From Ancylonema sp. (Eukaryota): a stretch of 62,088 nucleotides of DNA. Position numbers and translations under genes: made by a program. The DNA is taken from contig JBFLGF010000123.1 of NCBI GenBank assembly GCA_050230475.1, positions 1 through 62,088 on the forward strand. Reading direction: 5' to 3'. Of the stretch, positions 50,001-60,598 are shown piece by piece; the first letter of the stretch is position 1; each line of letters starts with the position of its first letter. The notes under the pieces are model-generated. The model searched no databases. It worked only from the letters and a program-made list of their open reading frames with translations, and was not told where the DNA came from.

Positions 50001-51227
50001 TACCCCCTGAATGTACCCCTGCCTCCACGATTGTCGATACCACCACCTCTGCCTTGGCTTTATTTTTTTTGTTGCGCTGACCACTTAGCATAGTTTGCCT
50101 CTACAACTAGTGCCTCAGCATCTTTGACATCTTTTTCTTTTTTGTCATCCAGCTCATCCATTCCCATTTGCCCCCAGATCCAGCTGATCCCAGGTGCCTC
50201 TTTCTGTCTATAGTAAAGCTTCTTCAACATGCCGTATTTTGTTCTTGACATGGCCAGCAAACAATGCCATCACCTGGTCTTCTGCGCTGACCTAGAAATT
50301 TTTTTTTATGTACACACTCTCTGATGATCGACAGAGAAATATTCTTGATTTCTCTATCTGGCATCTTTTCATCGATCTTGAAAGAGTTCAGCTTTTCTTT
50401 TGCAATCTGTCGAAGTTCTGGAGACACCTTGTCATACTCCTTTGTCAGATAGTCCCACATCGCCTTTGGATCTCGTTCAAATTGTTCAAGTGATGTAGCG
50501 ATGTCGTCACTGACAAGTTGCATGAGTAGCATGACTGCCTTCTTTGATCTTTTGCGGAAGCTTCGACATCAAGTGTATTCTGCTCCATTTCTGCTTCATT
50601 TGTTGGCCAGTGTTCATCATCATATCTGGCTGTAACCTCAGTTGGAATAGTCTCTGTTACTTTGCACATCTCAAGGCACTCAACATCATCAAGAGTAGCT
50701 GAGGCCTTAGATCTCCATGCTTGAAAGGTAACTTTATCTCCATCCAGAATGCAGTACCGTGCTCTGGATACCACTGTGAGTGCTTTCTTCTGCCATCGAT
50801 GCAAGAATAAAGCACAATTCTCTCTCAGACACAACTCTTGAATCGACATCGACAGACAGATCACGTCATTACAAACGTTGACACAACAAAAGTGCAAGTT
50901 TTGAAGTAGAAAAGTCTGATTACAGATTTCAGCATACAAGCAGACCTAGTACAGTCGTTTGTTGCCTGGTCAAAGAATCTATTGGTATCGAAACTACTTC
51001 GTCAACTGCCAATCATATCTAAGCATTCTGCCACATCAACTAGTTCTTTCTTATCGACACTTGTGCCAGATGGCCAAGTAATCATTGAAACAAGGACATC
51101 GGCCTGCACCGCAGCCGGCCTGCAGCCTGCCTGCAGCCTGCATTTGCTGAATAACGACAAAACTAAAGCTCCCGGTATTGCTAAAATCGATATAACGACA
51201 AAAATTCACAGCCCCTAAAAACTAACA
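47090..51227 (-). mobile_element. Ty1/copia LTR retrotransposon, degenerate internal-deletion derivative
   Basis: LTRs 47090-47525 and 50775-51227 (TG...CA), 5-bp TSD GTCTG, PBS TGGTATCCAGAGC (50773-50761), PPT GGGGAGGGGG (47535-47526). Copia-order remnants: gag zinc knuckle CYTCGETGHYSRDC, protease FDDGSSHH, integrase LHTRLGH/VSVDLAGP, RT end YKSAMGNLLYL..TRPDLA, RNase H GYSDASH/SCESEY/DNES; many frameshifts. Confidence 0.96.
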
Positions 51228-53420
51228 GTCTGGCCTTCCATAAATCACGGCGCTGAACGTGCGTCGACTAATGACGTGTTTCTGATCCAGAGTGTCGATC
51301 GTTATTTCCAGTCGTTCCGTCCTGAATGAAGTGGTGATATGATTGACATCGACCGGTAACGTGATTTCACGTGTAACAACTTGCCTTGTCTTGTAATCAT
51401 GCGATTGGTTCTACGTCCGTAACAACCTAGACTTTTCGAGAATGCACGAAGTAGTTCCAAATTTGTTGGTTTGAAGATCATTTGAATTTCCATAATGTGA
51501 ACCAAAGTCAGGCATATTGATCGAACCCCGCCCAATGCACTAACTACAGGTGTCACCTGATCTACAAGCCCTGGAAAATATGACGAGACGTGCCGATACC
51601 CTCGAGCAATCTCTCTTGCACTTGAAAACATTTTTTATCGTTTGCATGTTGTATGTACTTCTCGTCGGTGCATTTAGTGGTGTCTCTGAAGCCCAACCCT
51701 CTGGAGGGCAGACATTTGCGACCTTCTACGGACAAATAAATGGCGATGGCAGCGACGGTAAATCCACATCAACCTTCAAAAGTGCAGTTAGTATGTACCT
51801 CTACGGATAAAGATATATCTTTTTTGGTAACAGCTTCATCTGTAATTCGATCGATAGCATCCAACCAAAAATAAAATCAAAAATAAAATCAGGAAACTAC
51901 CGCCTCTACCACCTCTATCATACGCCGGTATATTCTCCGTCAGGTTAAGAGTGCTACTAAAAGTCGAAGAACAAGTTGTGTTGTAATCGAAGGATATTTG
52001 ATGGCACCCGGTTGGAGGACCTAATTACTTCGGTAATTAAAAAAAAAAAAAAAACGGATTGTTTAAAATCGATAACTGCATGTTTCTCAGGCTGGAATTC
52101 ACGTTCCTCTGTGTGACAGGTGGTGCTTGTGGTTAGGGTCCACTCCTATCCACACCGTACGGAGCTCTGATCGCGGCTGGAAGTCCGCCAATTTACAACA
52201 ATGGTCTAGGCTGCGGCGCATGCTACTTGGTATAACCAGAAATCCTGCGGGTCAGGGATACATTCACACGTTAGTTTTTGTGTTCAGTGACCAGCTGACG
52301 GAGCGCACGTTACCTCAATTAAATATGCGACGATTTTTGCTTTTTGAATACAGACACAATGTCTCGACAAAAGTCTCTGCTCGACTACGCCAACACTGGT
52401 CGCCATTACAGATTTGTGTCCTGGTGATCAGTATTGCGGCAACAATCAAGTGGCGTTTGATTCGAGCGGCGCATCAAATGGATCGCCTGCCGTGACGGGA
52501 CAAGCTGACAATTTGCAGCAGTTAGGAGTGTTGAATATTTCGTACACGAGGTATTTTCCTGATATCTTTTTGGCTTTGATACATGCGGGTATCTTTTTTA
52601 CTTTCATTTGCATAGATGTCCGGCTGCAACTATACCACTTTCCGGCGCCTTTTATCACACCAGAGGAATCAGTACGTGGTCCACTTTCTCGCTCGCAAAA
52701 ATATATGCAGTTCAATATAATTCAGCATGCTTAGAATATCGAGCATTGAGGACCAAAACCAGCTTCACCGATTTCCGCAGGGCCCCATGCCGTTTTGGAG
52801 CAAGCGCCCTAGCGATACAAATCCGCAGAGGAAGTAATAATTATTATCTCTCCCTCGTGCCGATCGGAGGTGCCGGTCCTGGTGCCATTTCGGGACCGGC
52901 CATTAAATCGGTGAGCGCTCATTTCATCGTTCAGTCACCGCCATCATATTACTAAACGACGGTGAGTCATAATTCAATGCAACGGCTCTTTTTACCTGAC
53001 TTGTAATCCTCCATCATCATCGAAACTTGTCCTTCTTCGATGATGATTGAAACGTGTAATCTTATCCTGTTTCATGTACTGTGATTCTCACCTCGTCTGT
53101 ACGAATTGCAGGCGATTTCGAACACCCTCATCCAACTCTCCAAGGACTTCGGAGCGTCGTATGTGTTGAACGGTTATCAGCAAGGACCGTACACGGTCCA
53201 GCGTTGACAGGTATGCCAGTTCTACGCATGCGCGACATACCACGACTACGGTCAGGGACTGGAAATCGCTTACAACGTACAACGCACACCTTGAAGCGGC
53301 AAAATGACATCATCGAACTGTGTCTCCATGCAGGGGAGATTATTACATGCAGGAACCTTCTCCCCCAGGACTTTTCAGGCTCTGGGAAATATTAGGTCTC
53401 ATTCCAAGAGACCTAAGTTT

Positions 53421-56314
53421 CACCAGTTGCTTTCGGATGGTTGAAATAATCTGACATGGACCGTACTTCTGTACGATTCTGTCCACGTCAGGTCGCTCCG
53501 GGGTCTGTGATTGGCTGATTCTGCCGGGTTTGACGATTTTGATATTTTGTAGAGTTTGGATGACATGTCACTGCTGACATGTCGTGCTGTGATTGGCTGA
53601 TTTTCGCGTTTTCGCGTTTTTGCGGTGGAAAATTTTGCGTGAGATTCTCTCCCAATTCTGGGGGTTGGAGCTATTTCATGTGTGTTAGGCCCCCTACTAC
53701 AACCCTTCCATGCCTTAATATTGTCTATCTCTACCCTCATCCCTGTGGGATGTGCGATTATGTGTTGGAAGGAGAATGGAGGGCGATCAGAACCCCTTCC
53801 CTCATTTTCTTTCCAACACATAGTACGGATTTATTATCACTTATGTGAGCCACCGAGTGCTTTCGGAGGCGCTCTAGCTGAAGCTTTCGAAAGAAACTAG
53901 AATAAAGGAAAACGGTTTTTGATCTAATATTTTGTCGTACACTTATATCATATGTTTTCTATTTAACACAATTTCAATTTCGATTAGAAGGCTGGTTGTC
54001 TGGCTCGCCGGCTGGCTGGCTAGTTGGTTGACTGGCTGTGTGGTACATACCATAATTGCACGGACCGGCGGACCGGGGTCCCGAGGTCCCGACTCCGGAC
54101 CGAGGTCCGTCCTTTTGGGTCAAAAATCCGGACCGGCTGTTTAGGGTAATATCGATTTTTGGGGGTTTTAAGGTATTTTCCGTGGAGAAAAAACTCCGGA
54201 AGTATTTTTTTCGCTAGTAAATTGATATTTCACATCTTGTAAAAAATGTCAAATGAATATTAGACCTATCAAATAAGTAATCAAAACCTGCAATATATCT
54301 TTGTAGATGCGTTTTTCACCACTTTCAAGAGATATCACTTCGGGAAATGCTATAGGACATTTGGAATGGTTACAAGTACTACATTTTTTTTTTCATGTTC
54401 CATAGGTTACAATGTAATTATGAAATGATGCTCATGTGAGGCTCAAGAAAATGTGATGAAGGTTTACCGTATCATGGAATTAAATAAGATTAGAAACACA
54501 TATATCAAACATCATCCTGAATTTTTTTTCCACGCTCACAACCTTGTATTCAACCTTATCTCCACCTTTCAAATACATTCCTCACTTCTCACTTTCCTAT
54601 TCTACATAAATAAATGGGTAACTTCCCTATCTAAACTTTACTTACCGCATCAAAATCTCCTCGCTTACAACTTTATACTTATATAAAACGGAAAGAAAAA
54701 CGTTACCTTCTACACCCACAATTTTTGTTATATTTTTACACCCAACATTCTTCACTATCTACATCACCTTTAATAACCTCCCTCTCCCCACTTCCCGCTC
54801 CTCACTTGTCACTCCCCAAAAATCTTTCCCGACTCCGAATAACACATTTCCAAGTACCTACTTACACCAAAAGCCATTTTGTCGATTTTGAATTTCACCA
54901 TTCAATCGATGGACGGTTGGATACGAACGATACTATAGATTATTATTTATTTTTTAAATTTCGCAACAACTTCGCAAGTCACAAATGACACATGTATTCA
55001 CACGTGTGAGGTACACAAAAAAAAATGAAGCCGCACGTCCTTTTTCCCCGCGGAAAAATTGCGTGGCAAAAAAACCCTAAAAGTCCCCGGTCCGACCGGG
55101 TCCCGACTCGGGACCCGGTCCGACCGCGGTCCCGAACATCCACCACTGTTGCCGGTCCGTGCAACTATGGTACAGACATCTGCACGATATATCCCGTTGG
55201 ACCTCAGAACCAGAATGAATTTGAATCTGAATAATTTTGGCCTCGCGCAATCTTGACGCAGAGAGAAAAGATATTGCATAAGAGGCCAGACATATTAGCC
55301 ACAGAGTGCGAGACACAAAGTGTGAGAGCGAGAGTTAGAGAGAGGGCGACAGGTGACTAGCTGGCCGGATAGCTAGCTGGCTGGCTGGCTAGCTGGCTTG
55401 ATAGTTGGTTGGCTGACTGGCTCTATGGCTGGCTGGCTGCCTGGTCGCAATCGCAAATCGCATCGGTAGTGGCAGGCGCAGTCGCAAACACCGCAATTTG
55501 TCTAAAAATCCGTTGGTCGCTTTGCGTATACCTTTGTTCGCTGGCTGACTGGCTGCATGGCTGGCTGGTTGGCTGGTAGCAGTCGCAGGCGCAGTCGCAA
55601 GAGAGAGGCACATGCTTGTGCTCGCAAGTCGCCTGTGTGGAAGTCATAGATGCATCGACAAGTGTGCACAACCGGTTTCTAAACTGGGGTTGGTCTCTCC
55701 AGATTACGATAGAAGTGAATATAAATATTTGAATCTGCACTGAAATAGACAGAAATAGAAACACATCATATTTGATATGGGAGAGGTGAGGAGCGCAGAC
55801 CTGCACTTCTGTCGTCTACGGTATTGCATACTTCGTACTTCAGGGGGGAGCTATCAGTGGCAAAACGAAATTCGCAGTCTCAAAACCCGTCAAGTTTGCT
55901 GAGCGCTTACCTTTACCCTCTAGTTGGCTGACAAATGGCTGATTGGCAGTCGCAGTCGCAGGCTGGTTGGCTTGCAGTCGCAGTCGCCAGTCGCCAATTG
56001 CAGTCGCAACCTCCGTTCCGCTCGCTCAGGGGTGGTGCTGTTGACAGCTGCTGAAATTGTTATCGTTTCAAGAACGCTAGAATTGCATTAAAACGTACTG
56101 CGATACTGGGTAACTTTCTTCGACATCGCTCACAGCTCGGATATGGTAGTGGTGATGAGCTGCAATGGCGAGATTGGCCGGCACAATTGACGGCGACTAC
56201 CCCTAACGGCCGACGCCGCACGTCCGCCGACCGGTAGCAATTTAACAGCCCAATAAACCCGGCGACAGGACACAGGGCACAGGCCACCCAATCTTAAAAA
56301 AATAAATAACCTTA
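53421..56314. mobile_element. Unclassified 2.9-kb insertion flanked by a 12-bp direct repeat
   Basis: AGACCTAAGTTT at 53409-53420 and 56315-56326; A-rich right end; internal GGCT and GTCGCA repeats. Confidence 0.6.
54051..55169. mobile_element. Non-autonomous hAT element (nested)
   Basis: TIR CATAATTGCACGGACCGGC / GCCGGTCCGTGCAACTATG; TSD GTACATAC / GTACAGAC (7/8); subterminal GGACCG repeats. Confidence 0.9.
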
Positions 56315-59300
56315 AGACCTAAGTTTGACGGTCACGACCGGATCTTGTTATCCCTGCGGCAGTCAGTTTAGTTCATTTTCCTCCACCTCCCCTCCACCGG
56401 CACCGTCCCCCTCGCGACCGCCCCCGCCAGCCCCGCGACCAACCTCCCCAGCCTCGCAGGCTACTTTTCCACCGCCGCAGCCGCCGCCTCTAGCGTCTCC
56501 TCCCCCTCCGCCACATGCCAACTCTCCTCCTCCACCTCGTGCCAGTCCACCACCTCCCAGTCCTTCACCCGCACAAATTATTGCCCCTCCTCCGCCTGGA
56601 AGCCAATCACCACCTCCGATATCGACAATACCACCTCCTCTAAAAGTGCAAGGTAAGTAGCAAGTAGTAATAAATGGTCAGAATTGTCACTAAAGTAAAA
56701 ACAACAATAATTGTAATAACAATAATAGTGATGATAATAGTAATGATAGTAATATAAACAAGAATAGTAATACAAGTTATGTTAGTGATAGTACGATCTC
56801 ACGGTTTTAGTACCTCACATTCCGGTAGTGGGTGCAACACCTTGGGAATCAGTTTACAAAATAATTTTGAAGTTTTTTGGTTTGTTTTTCAGGTGCGGTC
56901 ATCGTCATACCTCAAGAATTCATAACCAGCTACCCTTCGGGTTCCACAACAATCTCGCAGTTCAGACTCGTAGTTACGAATATTGGCTCCGTCCCCACAC
57001 AAACAATTGTTTTTCAAGCTTTCAATTACAATCCTCTTTCTTCTTAGAATTTCGTTGGTCTAGGAGGCGGTTATTATTCTCCCCCAACATGGTTATTTCC
57101 TTTTCAGCCCGGTCAGGTATACGTCGATGCCGGGTACCAAAACCCGACCGGTCAAGCAACATTTAAAGTTACATAAGATGTGACCAAGTACCCGTGACGA
57201 CCATCAATGTGTTGAACTTCAATTATGCAAAGGGGCTGGCTGTTTCGAAGGCTTAATGTTCGGCTATATCAGTGTACTTGTGAACAACTCGTTTTGTTGG
57301 GTATTTTTAGTGTCCGCAACTTTGCGGCCACGACGATTGTCGATGCTATGACAGCCAATTATTTAGAGCCCAAAGATAACAGGCTGATCATGTCGGTGAA
57401 TTTTTAGTCGGTTGGGTGCACGTATCGCCCAATGGTGACAACCTCCACGCTTCGCTTTAGTAAACCACTTTAAACCACTTTTCGAATATGAATTGTCGTG
57501 TTTACGTAGGAAGATCTAGTAGACGTGATGTGGAAGACGTTTCACCACGTGTTGATACGAATTGCCATCTAAGTAGAATCGACATAGTACTCTATTTTAT
57601 CGTTACGATAGGTGTTTATTTTGATAACCGGGATTCGTGATTGGCGGACAAGGACAAGGAATATACGTTAACCATAGCACTACTTTACGTGTCAGTTTTA
57701 TGTGTCGTTCGTGTTTTATATGTTCGATTGTCATGGCATTGTGTTGTGATTGTTTCAAGTATAAAAATGTTTTAAACAAAAACATTTGAAGTAAAAGTCC
57801 GCCTATCGATATAATTAAAATTCAACATTCACAACAACCTATGGTGCGATGAGCTTACCTGAAAAACCCGATATTTTTTGAATCCACAATTTAGCGCTCA
57901 CGTGGAGACGATGAACTCATGAGGGTGTGATATCTAATCGGAAAAAATGATATTTCAAAAGGAAATTTGTAAAAAAGAACAAGCCGAGCTCCAACCGGAA
58001 ATGGATTTGAGTTTGTTAGTTTTGATGCAAATTGTTTTTTTGCACCCACGATGTGAGGACAGATAAGTCGATCCCGCGTGCGAATATCCAACGTCGTCCG
58101 CTCTTGGCTCACTTTTCAGCTAAATCAGATCTCCATGACTAGGTTTTCAAAACCCTTTCGACGCTGTCATGCCGTTTTGAGATCGTTGGACCAATTCTTT
58201 TTATGTAATGACTAAGCGCTAAAAATATGTGAGTTCTAACGATTTTTAGTCGCTTAATGAACTTGTTCTTACTTGTTTTTGTTCAAGTGATCAATTGTAG
58301 CGCAGTTGTAAGAAAAAAATATGTTTGAAAGAGTTAAGCACCTAAGGTTGGTGTATCAATTTCCACATGTTAGTTCAAGGTTTTGTAGCTTATCGATATT
58401 TTCGACGATTTAAGTGTGCGCAAAACACAACTATTAATCTTGACTCTCAGAATCATCGATGATTTATTGCACGTGCTATTTATACATCCTATTCAAGAGT
58501 CAAAGTTTTAAGATCAATCGAGAAGTATTGGCAGCCTTCGCGATTTTCAAGAAGCGGTGCTTCGATTGTTTCAAAGCAAAGTTACCGCTCTCGATTGACG
58601 TTGTCTGCTTTTCAAGTTTTTGGCCTGTATTTGTTAGAAGAAATCTCTTTGAATTTCCTTGCAATCGTTTAGCTCATGTAATCTCTTCCTTTGTACCATT
58701 TGACGTTCTAGTATCCATCAATCGTCGCATCGTTTTATTGACTTGAGATTTGTTTCATTGTTTGTTACTGCTGTTGGTTATTGAACAAATTACCAAGTGC
58801 AAGTTTGCACGTAAGCCGTTCGTGTTTTTTCATTTTAATTTTATGAGTCGTCTTTACCTTTGGCGATACCTTCGCGAATTTTGTTACTAGCCGTTCCGTT
58901 GACGTCATAACATCGTAAAGATTTAAAAACTTGGATATTTCGCGTGTTTCGCGTGTGTGTTGCGTGCATATTATATCCATCGAATGTGCTACACTCCTTT
59001 GGTTGTTTGTTGACTAGTGCTTTACATCGATTGTTAGTTGTACCGTATCGCGTAACATGAAGATCACTCCTTTTTTTGTGAACACATTTGTCTAAGTTCA
59101 TCGGCTGCTTTCCTTGACGTTTTTCTTTGCAGTTGTCTCGTGTTATGAACTTCCAGGTCCCCCATTCGGCTAATCCTACGTTGCTAACATAGACCTCACC
59201 GATTCCATCTAAATCCGTTGCGGAAACGGTTCGACTCGCCACCAAGCACACTTATCAATAACTCAAGAATACAAGAAGAAAAGAAGACATTAAAAACCAA

Positions 59301-60350
59301 CACTACGTACATACCGCAATTTACACCAACGTGCAATGCACACGATGTTGATCACATCAACGCAATAACGCGTTTTTAGACATGCAATTTTGAGTCTATC
59401 CGCTCCAAGGGTTTTTAAAAACATCCGGTAAAAAAACCCGTAGTGTGACACCTACAAGCCTTAGACATAAGTCAAACGAAAGGCATTCACTAGGTCATTC
59501 ATCATTGGTACATTTTAAGACTTACACGTCTTCCTTATCCGTGGATGCCTAGCTCGTTTTCAATTCATACTTACATGCATTTCATATGTGTCGTATAAAG
59601 TTAGTCTACTGATACACCGTATTTAAGGTAGCCCCCCCCCCCCCCTCCATATCTTATATCCGGACACCGTGCAAGTTGCAAGTTTCAACTATTTGGATTC
59701 CAAGCCACCTCTCTACACCTTGCGTCCCCTCTGGCATCCCCGAGACGTGGTTGTTAGCCCATTTTTTTGACGTCATCACCTCATATCTCTCAGATGCCGT
59801 CACATGGCTCTCAAGGTGACAAGCCGACGAGACTCACTAGTCCGAAGTGACATTGACGAGTGACAATGCTACGAGCGTACGAGTGACATTGCTACGAGCG
59901 TACGTCTACTACGCAACTTTCTTAACGTCATTTACATGTTCTTACTACACAAATTTGAACCTACTGGTTCAAATTGGTGTGGATGGTGTGTATAGAATAA
60001 CGGATGTTTTTTACTTTTGAACGCATTTGGGGAAATGCGTTTGGTGAAGAACATGTTTGGGAAGCGTTTGGGGACTACAATCTTACCCAATATAACGACA
60101 TGATTTTTTTATTTTTTTTTATTTTTTAAATGAGAATATATTCATTCCAACGAATTTATAATATTGAAGGTCCTCATATCGATGGGCGACTCTTGGAGAA
60201 AACTGTTCTCTATGTATGGGCCTATCTCTGAGGGAGAAAATAAAATTATAGCACGAGATTATTGCACTTTTTCCATAGAGACATTATTTTATTTTCTACG
60301 TGGAAGAGCAGCTCCATTCCTAGTAAATAGGTCTACCCCCGCTTCCCGGG

Positions 60351-60434
60351 GTACCAGTGGTCTAATGGTAGAATAGTACCCTGCCATCCGATGTCAGAGC
60401 GGTACAGATCCGGGTTCGATTCCCGGCTGGTACA
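60351..60434 (+). tRNA. trnG-GCC: tRNA-Gly(GCC) with 13-nt intron (60387-60399)
   Basis: Acceptor stem GTACCAG/CTGGTAC, anticodon arm GTACC-CT-GCC-A[intron]C-GGTAC, T arm CCGGG-TTCGATT-CCCGG, oligo-T terminator at 60438. Confidence 0.93.
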
Positions 60435-60598
60435 GCCTTTTTATTTTTGTAGACCTTTGTAAAAAACGAATCTTTCCGGTTGTCGGAGTTGGCAGAGCCA
60501 CCGACGTGCCAGCTGGCGCCTGCGTTGACCTCATCCTAAAATGGGGGTCGTCCACGGAGGGTATATATATTTACGAAATCAGCCCTCCCACTACAGGC

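Larger units (their letters stand above)
51580..57176 (+). pseudogene. Expansin-B-like + Pro/Ser-rich linker + probable CBM49 module, with in-frame stops
   Basis: Exons 51580-51757, 52120-52229, 52354-52550, 52781-52910, 53112-53210, 53334-53395, 56363-56652, 56893-57176. Signal peptide, ATFYG, GGACG*G, GLGCGACY, ITDLCP, AFDSSG, GVLNISYTRAPC. Stops at 52134 (TAG), 53205 (TGA), 53393 (TAG) and 57045 (TAG). Confidence 0.85.

Noticed and set aside
52134..57047. Alternative genetic code or TAG read-through
   Set aside because: The stops replace different residues, a TGA lesion also occurs, and TAG ends intact genes.
57500..60100. AT-rich region with short minus-strand ORFs
   Set aside because: No motifs or termini identified; probably an old repeat remnant.
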